A DNA stretch of 64,000 bases, taken from assembly GCA_964606165.1 (NCBI GenBank), contig CAZSFQ010000001.1, forward strand, positions 74,278 through 138,277. Reading direction: 5' to 3'. Position numbers and translations under genes: made by a program. Positions 1 through 7,712 of this stretch are shown here, one piece after another. The notes beneath the pieces are model-generated. The model made no database searches and was not told the DNA's origin. It saw only the letters and a program-made list of their open reading frames with translations. This DNA is from an uncultured Mageeibacillus sp. GTDB lineage: Bacteria; Bacillota; Clostridia; Saccharofermentanales; DTU023. Within the stretch, counting starts at the first letter, position 1; the number at the start of each line of letters is the position of its first letter.

Positions 1-2
1 GT

Positions 3-1928
3 GTCTACCGCTACGTCGAAGCTCCCGATTTTGATATTCTCCTCATCTCCTATGCTGTAGATGGTGGCGAAGTGCAGACGATTGACCTTGCCAATGGTGA
101 GTCGGTGCCGATAGACCTTATCTCCGCCTTTCTCTCGGACGATGTGATCAAGTGGGCTTTTAACGCTCAGTTTGAACGAATCTGCCTGTCCGAGTGGCTG
201 AAACGAAAGGGCTATGTTTTGGAGCGAACCGTGCCCTTTGGCCATGAGTCGGAATACCTGAACTACCTTGACCCGGAAAGCTGGCGCTGTTCCATGGTTT
301 GGTCGGCCTATCTGGGGCTTCCGCTCTCCCTGGAACAGGCCGGCTCGGTCTTAGGTCTCGACAAGCAGAAGCTGAAAGAAGGCAAAGACCTCATCCGCTA
401 CTTCTCCATGCCCTGTAACCCGACCAAAACAAACGGCGGCAGGACGAGAAATCTGCCGGAGCACGATCCGGAGAAATGGCAGCTCTATAAAGCCTACAAC
501 AAACGGGACGTGGAAACGGAGATGGCGATACAGGAAAGGCTCGAGAGCTTTCCCATGCCGGATATGGAATGGGATAACTACCACCGAGACCAGCAAATCA
601 ATGATCTCGGCATTTTGATTGATAAGGAACTGGCGGAGCAGGCCATTCGCATGGACAAGGAAGTACAGGCGCACGCCCTGCAAAAACTCCGAAGATTCGC
701 AGGCCTTGAAAACCCCAACTCCGTTATGCAGCTGAAAGACTGGTTAGCGGATCAAGGTATCGAGACCGAATCTCTCGACAAAAAGGCGGTCAGGAAGCTT
801 CTAGATACCGCTTCCGGCAAAGTGAAAGCTGTCCTCGAAACGAGACAGGCACTTGCCAAGTCCAGCGTCCGAAAATATCAGGCCATGATGGACTGCGTCT
901 GCCTTGACGGCAGAGCGAGAGGTCTCTTTCAGTTTTACGGTGCCAATCGTACCGGCCGCTTCTCCGGGCGGTTGATTCAACTGCAGAATCTGCCCAGAAA
1001 CAAGATGGATCATCTGGAGGAAGCAAGAACGCTCGTTAGACAAGGCGACCTTGATGCTCTGGAAGTCCTCTTTGATTCTGTCCCGCAGGTCTTATCGGAA
1101 CTTATCCGCACCGCCTTTGTGCCCAAGGAAGGCCGAATCTTTCTTGTTGCCGACTACTCCGCCATCGAAGCAAGGGTGCTGGCCTGGCTCGCTGGAGAAA
1201 GCTGGCGCATGAAGCTCTTTGCTGAGGGTGGCGACATCTACTGCCAATCGGCCAGCGAGATGTTCAGCGTGCCGGTTGTCAAACACGGTGTAAATGGTGA
1301 TCTAAGACAGAAAGGCAAGATATCCGAACTCGCCTGTGGCTATGGCGGCTCGGTCGGTGCCCTCAAAGCGATGGGTGCACTGGAGATGGGCTTAACGGAA
1401 GAGGAGCTGCCTGGACTTGTTCAGTCCTGGCGAAACTCCAATCCCAAAATTGTCCGTTTCTGGTGGGATGTGGACAGCGCCGCCAAGACCGCCGTCAGGA
1501 AAAAAGAAAGAACGGAGGTTCAGGGCATCGGCTTTCGCTATCAAAGCGGGATGCTCATCATCACGCTTCCTTCCGGTAGAGAGCTTTTCTATGTCAAGCC
1601 CCGCATCGGCGAGAACCGCTTCGGCGGTGAATCCATTACCTATGAAGGTGTCGGAACGGGGCGACGCTGGGAGCGTCAGGAAACCTACGGGGCAAAGCTC
1701 GTGGAAAATATCGTCCAGGCCATTTCCAGAGACATCCTCTGCTCAGCCCTTCAAACCTTCAAATATTCCGACATCGTCATGCATGTCCATGATGAGATCG
1801 TCATTGAAGCCGATCCCCGTATGTCGGTTGAAGTGGTCTGCAGACAGATGAGCCGAACACCAGAATGGGCTTCCGGATTAAAGCTTGATGCCGACGGCTT
1901 CACCTGCAACTTCTATCAGAAAGATTAA
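3..1928 (+). CDS. Phage-type family A DNA polymerase (5'-truncated by the window edge)
   Basis: The frame is open from base 3 (VYRYVEAPDFDILLISYAVDGG). Motif A DYSAIEARVLAW, motif B RQKGKISELACGYGG and motif C VMHVHDEIV are present, plus an N-terminal exonuclease-like region (WAFNAQFERICL ... YNKRDVETE). Confidence 0.9.
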   Translation, partial: VYRYVEAPDFDILLISYAVDGGEVQTIDLANGESVPIDLISAFLSDDVIKWAFNAQFERICLSEWLKRKGYVLERTVPFGHESEYLNYLDPESWRCSMVWSAYLGLPLSLEQAGSVLGLDKQKLKEGKDLIRYFSMPCNPTKTNGGRTRNLPEHDPEKWQLYKAYNKRDVETEMAIQERLESFPMPDMEWDNYHRDQQINDLGILIDKELAEQAIRMDKEVQAHALQKLRRFAGLENPNSVMQLKDWLADQGIETESLDKKAVRKLLDTASGKVKAVLETRQALAKSSVRKYQAMMDCVCLDGRARGLFQFYGANRTGRFSGRLIQLQNLPRNKMDHLEEARTLVRQGDLDALEVLFDSVPQVLSELIRTAFVPKEGRIFLVADYSAIEARVLAWLAGESWRMKLFAEGGDIYCQSASEMFSVPVVKHGVNGDLRQKGKISELACGYGGSVGALKAMGALEMGLTEEELPGLVQSWRNSNPKIVRFWWDVDSAAKTAVRKKERTEVQGIGFRYQSGMLIITLPSGRELFYVKPRIGENRFGGESITYEGVGTGRRWERQETYGAKLVENIVQAISRDILCSALQTFKYSDIVMHVHDEIVIEADPRMSVEVVCRQMSRTPEWASGLKLDADGFTCNFYQKD

Positions 1929-2007
1929 TTGCCCAAAATCACCGGTTCTGTCCAAGGGGAAAGTGAAGGGAGTCCCTCCCTTACATCAAACCTTGGAGGA
2001 ACCGATT

Positions 2008-2226
2008 ATGTTTTACACCAAACAGCCTGTCGGAGAAGACAGCGAATTCATCACCTACGTCACGGACGAAAATGTCTATACCACCTGTCCCCGCTGCGGA
2101 GCGGAAGTACCCGTCGACCTGGCAGATGTGCTTCGTGACGAGGACAGCGATTTATACGGCACGGCCGTCTACTGTGACAAATGTGCCAAAGCGTGGCTGC
2201 AAGAGAAGCTCGGCGGTGCGAGATGA
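2008..2226 (+). CDS. Small Zn-ribbon protein (CPRC...CDKC) of phage-like elements
   Basis: GGAGG RBS before ATG 2008; MFYTKQ...TTCPRCGAEVPVDLADVLRDEDSDLYGTAVYCDKC; a type of gene often found after this polymerase family. Confidence 0.7.
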   Translation: MFYTKQPVGEDSEFITYVTDENVYTTCPRCGAEVPVDLADVLRDEDSDLYGTAVYCDKCAKAWLQEKLGGAR

Positions 2227-2600
2227 ACGAGCAAGAACGGGAAGCCATTGCTTTACGCAGAGAGCGTGGTGAACCCATCAATAAAATTGCAAAAGCGCTG
2301 GGCTTGAACTATAACACCGTGAAGTCGTTCTGCCAGAGACAAAATATCTCTATTCAGAACGATGATGCAGGTGTATGTGAAAACTGCGGTAAGACACTAC
2401 CCATCTATCAAGGAGGAAGACGGAGACGCTTTTGTTCGGATAAGTGCCGTCATAGTTTTTGGAGCAAATGGGAGAAGACCTATCAGAAAGAGCATATCTG
2501 TCCGACCTGCGGTATGACCTTCAAAGCAAGATCAACCCGTAAGTACTGCTCCCACGCTTGTTATATCAAAGAACGCTTTCGAGGTACTCGAAATGAATGA
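2223..2600 (+). CDS. HTH (sigma-70 region-4-like) protein with C-terminal Zn fingers
   Basis: ATGA overlap with the upstream stop; INKIAKALGLNYNTVKSFCQR HTH; CENC, FCSDKC, CPTC and YCSHAC cysteine clusters. Confidence 0.75.
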   Translation: MNEQEREAIALRRERGEPINKIAKALGLNYNTVKSFCQRQNISIQNDDAGVCENCGKTLPIYQGGRRRRFCSDKCRHSFWSKWEKTYQKEHICPTCGMTFKARSTRKYCSHACYIKERFRGTRNE

Positions 2601-2787
2601 ACCTTGGAAACAAGAAGCGGATTTTCAACTGGTGGGTGGCATCCTGAGTGCTTTGCTCAAAAAGAGGCTTCTTACCATCTCAGAATACAGGCGCTGTGTG
2701 CGTAAAATTCGTGAAGAAATCAAGCCTCCCGTCACGCTTCTTTGCAGTAATCAAAAGGCCTTAAACGGCTGGAAACAAACCCGCTAA
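2593..2787 (+). CDS. Small SHOCT-like protein preceding the recombinase pair (possible recombination accessory factor)
   Basis: 64 aa overlapping the previous gene; LLKKRLLTISEYRR resembles the SHOCT motif (L..G.IT..EY); position typical upstream of tandem serine recombinases. Confidence 0.55.
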   Translation: MNEPWKQEADFQLVGGILSALLKKRLLTISEYRRCVRKIREEIKPPVTLLCSNQKALNGWKQTR

Positions 2788-2853
2788 AAACGCTGAATAG
2801 CCTTGATATAAGTGCGTCTACGAGCAAATATGTGATGGAAAGGAGATACTGAA

Positions 2854-4146
2854 ATGGACGTTATAAAAATCCCAGTTAAGCTGCCGGAAAGCATAGAAAA
2901 AGAAAAGGTTGCGGCTTATGCCAGAGTTTCGACCAAGAGCGACGCTCAGCTTCATTCACTGGATGCTCAGATTGATTATTACAGGAAAAGGATCAATGCA
3001 CGTGCTGACTGGAGTTTTGTCGGTGTCTTTGTTGATGATGGTCTCACGGGCACAAGAAGTGATCGCCCAGGACTCGAAGACCTTTTGGATCATTGTCGTA
3101 GAAAAAAGATTGACTTTGTCCTGACCAAATCGATCTCACGCTTTGCCCGAAACACTGTCGACCTTCTGGCCATAATCAGGGAACTAAAAGAACTTGGCAT
3201 TGCTGTATTTTTCGAGCGGGAGAAAATCAACACTCTGACTGCCGACGGAGAACTGATGCTAACGCTCCTTGCATCCTTTGCCCAAGAGGAAAGCCGTTCC
3301 ATGAGTCTTAATAAACGATGGAGCATTCATAGGCAGTTTTCTGAAGGTGAGCTGGCAGGCATGGCTCATCTCTATGGCTATGATGTTGTCGATGGAGAGC
3401 TGATCGTAAACGAGCATGAAGCAGAGATTGTCCACATGATGTACGAGGATTATCTAAGCGGTATGCAAAGCTCGGAAATCGCAGAAAAACTTAATCGCAT
3501 GGGTGAACCCAGAAAGCGTGGTGGTAAATGGAAACCGAGAGACATCACAAATGTCTTCAGAAACGAAAAACATACCGGGAACGCCCTGCTGAATAAGCGA
3601 TATGTGCTTGACCCTATAACGAAGCAAACAAAATACAACCATGGTGAACAGCCTCAATACTATATTGAGAATTCCCATGAAGGCATTGTTTCACAGGAAC
3701 TTTTCGATGCCGTACAGGAAGAAATGAAGCGCAGAAGCCCTAACAAGGAAGCACCAAAACCTCATAACAAACCATTCACGGGCATGATCTACTGTGCCTG
3801 TGGAGCGAAGTTCCAACGTAAGAAGTCACCTGTTCGGGTGTTTTGGCGCTGTGGAAGAAATCTTGGCTCATACGGTGGTCACTGTTCCATGAAAGGCATC
3901 CCCGAAGAAACCCTCGAGTCGCTTTGCTGCGATGTTCTTGGAATATCTGAATTTGATGCAAATACCTTTAGAGAATGCGTAGAGCGGATCAATATCACAG
4001 GAGACAACGAACTGACCTTCCTTTTGAAAGACGGAAGGGAGATTCAAAAAACATGGAAGGACCGCTCACGCTCAGAGTCATGGACACCAAAAATGAGAGC
4101 AGAGGTCAGTCGCAAGAATAGAGAGAGGGCAAAACATGGCAAATAA
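2854..4146 (+). CDS. Large serine recombinase 1
   Basis: AAYARVST catalytic-Ser motif, DDGLTGT, TKSISRFARNT, FAQEESRSMS, a recombinase domain and a Zn-ribbon (CACG...WRC); AAGGAG RBS. Confidence 0.92.
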   Translation: MDVIKIPVKLPESIEKEKVAAYARVSTKSDAQLHSLDAQIDYYRKRINARADWSFVGVFVDDGLTGTRSDRPGLEDLLDHCRRKKIDFVLTKSISRFARNTVDLLAIIRELKELGIAVFFEREKINTLTADGELMLTLLASFAQEESRSMSLNKRWSIHRQFSEGELAGMAHLYGYDVVDGELIVNEHEAEIVHMMYEDYLSGMQSSEIAEKLNRMGEPRKRGGKWKPRDITNVFRNEKHTGNALLNKRYVLDPITKQTKYNHGEQPQYYIENSHEGIVSQELFDAVQEEMKRRSPNKEAPKPHNKPFTGMIYCACGAKFQRKKSPVRVFWRCGRNLGSYGGHCSMKGIPEETLESLCCDVLGISEFDANTFRECVERINITGDNELTFLLKDGREIQKTWKDRSRSESWTPKMRAEVSRKNRERAKHGK

Positions 4147-5734
4147 GAAAATAACAGTCATTCCGGCCAAGACTCGCCCTGAAACGATCATCGGCTCAGC
4201 TGAGATTTTACCAAAGAAGCGAGTTGCAGCTTATGCCCGTGTTTCAACCGATATGGACGAGCAGCTGAACAGTTATGAAGCCCAAATCAGCTACTACACC
4301 GAACATATTAAGAAAAACCCCGAGTGGACTTTCGTTAAGGTTTACACCGACGAAGGTATATCGGGGCTGATGACGAAAAAACGAGAAGGCTTTCAGACTA
4401 TGATCAAAGATGCCCTTTCAGGCAAAATCGATCTCATTCTGACCAAGTCCGTATCCCGCTTTGCCAGAAATACAGTTGATACGCTGACCACCGTCAGGAA
4501 ACTAAAAGACAAAGGCATCGAGGTCTATTTTGAGAAAGAAAATATCTGGACAATGGATAGTAAAGGCGAGCTTCTCATTACAATCATGTCGAGCCTTGCC
4601 CAGGAAGAGAGCCGTTCCATTTCAGAAAACGTAACCTGGGGGCAAAGAAAGCGTTTTGCAGATGGCAAGGTTTCTATGCCTTACAAGCAATTTTTAGGCT
4701 ACATGAAAGGTGCTGACGGCAGACCCGAAGTTGTGCCGGAAGAAGCAGAAATCGTCAGGAGAATTTACCAGGAGTTCCTGCTTGGCATGACATATACAGG
4801 AATCGCTAAGGAGCTTGCTAATGACGGGATCTTGTCGCCGGGGGGCAAAGAAACCTGGAGCAGTTCGACAATTAAGAGCATCCTACAAAATGAAAAATAT
4901 AAAGGCGATGCCCTTTTACAGAAACGCTTCACCGTCGACTTCCTGACGAAGAAGCAAAAAGAAAACGAAGGCGAAGTGCCGCAATACTATGTGACGGGCA
5001 GTCATGAAGGCATCGTCAGTGACGAGATCTTCGACATGGTTCAGGTGGAAATTGAGCGCAGGAAGAAATACAAGATCAACGGTTCCTCGCAAAACTTCTT
5101 CTCTGGAAGGATTCTCTGCAGCTGCTGCGGCGAGCCATTTACCAGAAAAGTCTGGCATTCTAACTCCAAATACAAACGCTACATTTGGCAGTGCGGCAAG
5201 AAGTATGCGGGAAAAGAACCCTGCGCCACACCACACTTTTATGAAGATGAAATCGAGTATGCCTTCTTTAAACTGCTGAGCAAACTTTACAGCCATAAAA
5301 GCGATGCCCTGGAAACCTGCAATGTAGTAATTAGCAAAGTGCTGGATACAAAAAAAGATAAAAAGCGTGCTATAGAGTTAGAAGCAGAACTTGACGACGC
5401 CTATCGTGAACTCAGCGAACGCCTCCGCATCATGGGACGACATGCCGAGGATACAGAAGCAGAGCGAGCAAGCTATGAAAATACTTTGCAAGACTACGAG
5501 CAAAAATCAGTAAAGTTAGAAAAACTGAAAGAGCGTATATCCGATAAGGATAAACGCCGCTTCAACTGCATCTGTTTTATTGAAAAACTGAGCAAACTCG
5601 AAGAAAATGACATAGCCTTTAACGAGAATCTCTGGATCAGCCTTGTAGATTATGTGACAGTGCCCAGTGATGATGAGAAAGCGTTAATATTTCATCTGAG
5701 GAGCGGTGAGGAGATCACGATCTTGATATGCTAA
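4136..5734 (+). CDS. Large serine recombinase 2 (with coiled-coil)
   Basis: AAYARVST, DEGISG, TKSVSRFARNT, LAQEESRSIS, KYKGDALLQK, CSCCG Zn-ribbon and a C-terminal coiled coil; overlaps recombinase 1 by 11 nt. Confidence 0.93.
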   Translation: MANKKITVIPAKTRPETIIGSAEILPKKRVAAYARVSTDMDEQLNSYEAQISYYTEHIKKNPEWTFVKVYTDEGISGLMTKKREGFQTMIKDALSGKIDLILTKSVSRFARNTVDTLTTVRKLKDKGIEVYFEKENIWTMDSKGELLITIMSSLAQEESRSISENVTWGQRKRFADGKVSMPYKQFLGYMKGADGRPEVVPEEAEIVRRIYQEFLLGMTYTGIAKELANDGILSPGGKETWSSSTIKSILQNEKYKGDALLQKRFTVDFLTKKQKENEGEVPQYYVTGSHEGIVSDEIFDMVQVEIERRKKYKINGSSQNFFSGRILCSCCGEPFTRKVWHSNSKYKRYIWQCGKKYAGKEPCATPHFYEDEIEYAFFKLLSKLYSHKSDALETCNVVISKVLDTKKDKKRAIELEAELDDAYRELSERLRIMGRHAEDTEAERASYENTLQDYEQKSVKLEKLKERISDKDKRRFNCICFIEKLSKLEENDIAFNENLWISLVDYVTVPSDDEKALIFHLRSGEEITILIC

Positions 5735-5760
5735 TGTGTTTGAATTACCTTGATTCAAGG

Positions 5761-5796
5761 AACTGTCGCAACAAAATATGTTCGGCAGTTTTTTGC
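5761..5796 (+). terminator. Probable intrinsic terminator after the recombinase genes
   Basis: Imperfect inverted repeat AACTGTCG...CGGCAGTT followed by a T run. Confidence 0.5.
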
Positions 5797-5799
5797 TGT

Positions 5800-5869
5800 T
5801 TGCACCCTCTTTTCCAAAAATGCACCCATGCTCTCAAGATTTGCACCCATGATTTTATTTTTGCACCCA
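5800..5869. repeat. Four phased direct repeats of TGCACCC (at 5801, 5821, 5842, 5862)
   Basis: Read directly: TGCACCCTC, TGCACCCATG, TGCACCCATG, TGCACCCATC, with 20/21/20-bp periodicity; a partial fifth copy TTGCACC at ~5982. Confidence 0.85.
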
Positions 5870-6043
5870 TCGTCGAGTAAATTCAAACAAACCACTCGAA
5901 ACAAAAGTGTTTCGTACCGCTAGTATACGAAAAATCGGCACAAGCAGAAAAGAACAAAATCCCAGGCTCCAAGCTGCCGCTTTGCACCGTTTCGTTAATT
6001 TCTCTGATTAAGAAAAAGCCTTGAATATCAGGTGTTTTCGAGC

Positions 6044-6081
6044 AAAAAAATACTCCGCTACGATTGTATCCGTAACGGAGT
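6044..6081 (-). terminator. Intrinsic terminator downstream of tRNA-Cys
   Basis: Minus strand reads ACTCCGTTACG-loop-CGTAGCGGAGT followed by ATTTTTTT. Confidence 0.7.
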
Positions 6082-6088
6082 CCTTTTA

Positions 6089-6163
<75 letters not shown>

Positions 6164-6167
6164 CTAT

Positions 6168-6195
6168 AAAAAGACCGGCGTTTGTCCGCCGGTCT
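6168..6195 (-). terminator. Terminator-like hairpin between tRNA-Gly and tRNA-Cys
   Basis: Minus strand AGACCGGCG-GACAAA-CGCCGGTCT followed by TTTTAT. Confidence 0.5.
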
Positions 6196-6199
6196 CGTC

Positions 6200-6274
6200 T
6201 GGAGCGGGATACGAGATTCGAACTCGCGACTTTCACCTTGGCAAGGTGACACTCTACCACTGAGTTAATCCCGC
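6200..6274 (-). tRNA. tRNA-Gly(GCC)
   Basis: GCGGGATTAACTCAGTGGTAGAGTGTCACCTTGCCAAGGTGA...GTTCGAATCTCGTATCCCGCTCCA. Confidence 0.96.
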
Positions 6275-6319
6275 AAGACAGCGGCATGCGCCGGATCTGG
6301 TTGCCCCTGGCGCCTTGCC

Positions 6320-6349
6320 ATCTTAGCAAAGGGCCTCAAAGATTGTCAA
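6320..6349 (-). promoter_or_regulatory. Sigma-A promoter for tRNA-Gly/Cys
   Basis: TTGACA-18 bp-TAAGAT with an extended -10 TG, ~45 nt upstream of tRNA-Gly. Confidence 0.7.
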
Positions 6350-6362
6350 CCAAATCCTAGCG

Positions 6363-6438
6363 TGGTGGGACCTGCCGGGCTTGAACCGACGACCTCCTGC
6401 GTGTGAAGCAGGCGCTCTCCCTGCTGAGCTAAGGTCCC
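6363..6438 (-). tRNA. tRNA-Val(CAC)
   Basis: GGGACCTTAGCTCAGCAGGGAGAGCGCCTGCTTCACACGCAGG...GGTTCAAGCCCGGCAGGTCCCACCA; anticodon CAC. Confidence 0.95.
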
Positions 6439-6439
6439 A

Positions 6440-6514
6440 TGGTGACCCGAACGGGAATCGAACCCGTGTCTTCGCCGTGAAAGGGCGATGTCTTAACCCC
6501 TTGACCAGCGGGCC
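6440..6514 (-). tRNA. tRNA-Glu(TTC)
   Basis: GGCCCGCTGGTCAAGGGGTTAAGACATCGCCCTTTCACGGCGA...GGTTCGATTCCCGTTCGGGTCACCA. Confidence 0.96.
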
Positions 6515-6518
6515 GTGC

Positions 6519-6595
6519 TGGTGGCGGCAACAGGATTTGAACCTGTGACACTTCGGGTATGAACCGAATGCTCTGGCCAACTGAGCTATACCGCC
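6519..6595 (-). tRNA. tRNA-Met(CAT), elongator type
   Basis: GGCGGTATAGCTCAGTTGGCCAGAGCATTCGGTTCATACCCGAA...GGTTCAAATCCTGTTGCCGCCACCA; G1 start and the GGTTCATACCC arm typical of Firmicutes elongator Met. Confidence 0.92.
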
Positions 6596-6621
6596 GTTTG
6601 CCTTCCAGCGCAACACACTGA

Positions 6622-6651
6622 ATGATATCAGTGTCATTTCGCTTTTGTCAA
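6622..6651 (-). promoter_or_regulatory. Sigma-A promoter for tRNA-Met/Glu/Val
   Basis: TTGACA-18 bp-TATCAT with an extended -10 TG. Confidence 0.72.
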
Positions 6652-6652
6652 A

Positions 6653-7705
6653 TCAAAAATGTTCTGAGAATGCCCCGTCCCGGAACTCATTATACAGGTC
6701 ACAGGTGAGGTCCAGCAGGGGCGCCAGATAAAGAGCGCTCCCCTCCGCTGAACCCGGCGTCCCGTCGTCAATGACAGGCATCATTCCCAGCTCCCTTTGC
6801 GCCAGTTCGCCGCCCGGATCGCTTGCCTGATGCGCGGCGAAAAAAAGCGGACACGTCTCAGGGATAAGCCTGACCAGTGTCAGCGCGGCAGTCAGGGAGA
6901 CCGCGCTGCCGGTCAGAACCGGGATTCCATAAAGGGCCGCTCCCGCAAAAAAACCTGTCATGGCGGCCAGCTCCAGACTTCCCAGTTTCTTTAACACATC
7001 CAGGGTGTTGTGCCTGTTAGCCTCTCTTTGAATGACGGCCGCGCTCAGAACATAAGCCCGGCGGTCAAATAGTTGGCCGGCCTGCCGGGGATCCCTCGCC
7101 ATCAGGTCTTCCGGCTTGCGGTCAAAAAAGACCGCCAGCATGGCTGTCGCGGCAAGTTTGCCGCCTTCGGCCACGCCGTCGGCGGCAAGAAGGGTCATGC
7201 CCTGGTCACGGGCCTGTGAAGCCAGTTCCATGCCGGCCCGGATGGCCGTCATCATGGCCTCTTCTGTCAGGGCATCTTCCCGGACCATGTTGCGGGATCC
7301 CTCCGCCATGACCGGCACATGGACGACCCCCTCAACCGGACCGAGCCCCCGGGTCCCCATATTGACGGTAACAAGCCGGGTCCCGGTCAAGCGGGCCAGC
7401 CTGTTGGCCGGATGTTCGCCCCGCGCCAGCTGCCGGACGGATTCAGCCGTTGATCCATGGCCTGAAGAAAGGCCGCCCTCCTCCATCAACCCGCAGTCCG
7501 ACGCGAAAAGAAAGAGGGCGCGCCGCTTGACATCGAAAGGATCAGGGCTGATCCAGCCGGCCAGGCGGGCGTGGAGAGCCGCCAGGAGACTTGCCCTGCC
7601 CGTCTGGCTGTCCCATCGCCCGGAAACCTCCCCTATTCTGCCCGGGTCAGCATCCGTCCGCCCGGACAGTTCCAAAAAGAAGTCGGCTCTCGTATAGGCT
7701 TTCAT
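6653..7705 (-). CDS. CobT-family (nicotinate-nucleotide:base phosphoribosyltransferase) fold protein with degenerate motifs
   Basis: Overall CobT layout (FASDCG for FAADHG, NMG, GSRNMVREDALT, KLGSLELAAMTGFFAGAA, AHQASDPGG), but the KP.GSLG.LE, GEMGIGNTT, DGF and MRLGEGTG motifs are altered. Confidence 0.7.
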   Translation of the reverse strand: MKAYTRADFFLELSGRTDADPGRIGEVSGRWDSQTGRASLLAALHARLAGWISPDPFDVKRRALFLFASDCGLMEEGGLSSGHGSTAESVRQLARGEHPANRLARLTGTRLVTVNMGTRGLGPVEGVVHVPVMAEGSRNMVREDALTEEAMMTAIRAGMELASQARDQGMTLLAADGVAEGGKLAATAMLAVFFDRKPEDLMARDPRQAGQLFDRRAYVLSAAVIQREANRHNTLDVLKKLGSLELAAMTGFFAGAALYGIPVLTGSAVSLTAALTLVRLIPETCPLFFAAHQASDPGGELAQRELGMMPVIDDGTPGSAEGSALYLAPLLDLTCDLYNEFRDGAFSEHF

Positions 7706-7712
7706 AGCCTGG

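Larger units (their letters stand above)
1..5870 (+). mobile_element. Right end of a phage-like integrative element (DNA polymerase A + HTH/Zn-finger + SHOCT-like + two large serine recombinases); left part lies outside the window and the right boundary is approximate
   Basis: Phage-type polymerase and a tandem recombinase pair. The sequence is visibly more AT-rich than the flanking host genes, all genes are co-directional, and the block ends in a hairpin plus direct repeats just 3' of tRNA-Cys. Confidence 0.8.

Noticed and set aside
1-1928. Pipolin/casposon-type self-synthesising element
   Set aside because: The polymerase has family A motifs, not PolB, and there is no Cas1 or tyrosine integrase.
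5800-5869. CRISPR array interpretation of the TGCACCC repeats
   Set aside because: Repeats are only 7-9 bp with 11-14-bp spacers, far below CRISPR dimensions, and no cas genes are nearby.
5735-6088. Duplicated tRNA-Cys 3' end as an att site
   Set aside because: No copy of the tRNA 3' sequence is visible between the recombinases and the tRNA. Serine recombinases do not need tRNA targets, and the other end lies outside the window.
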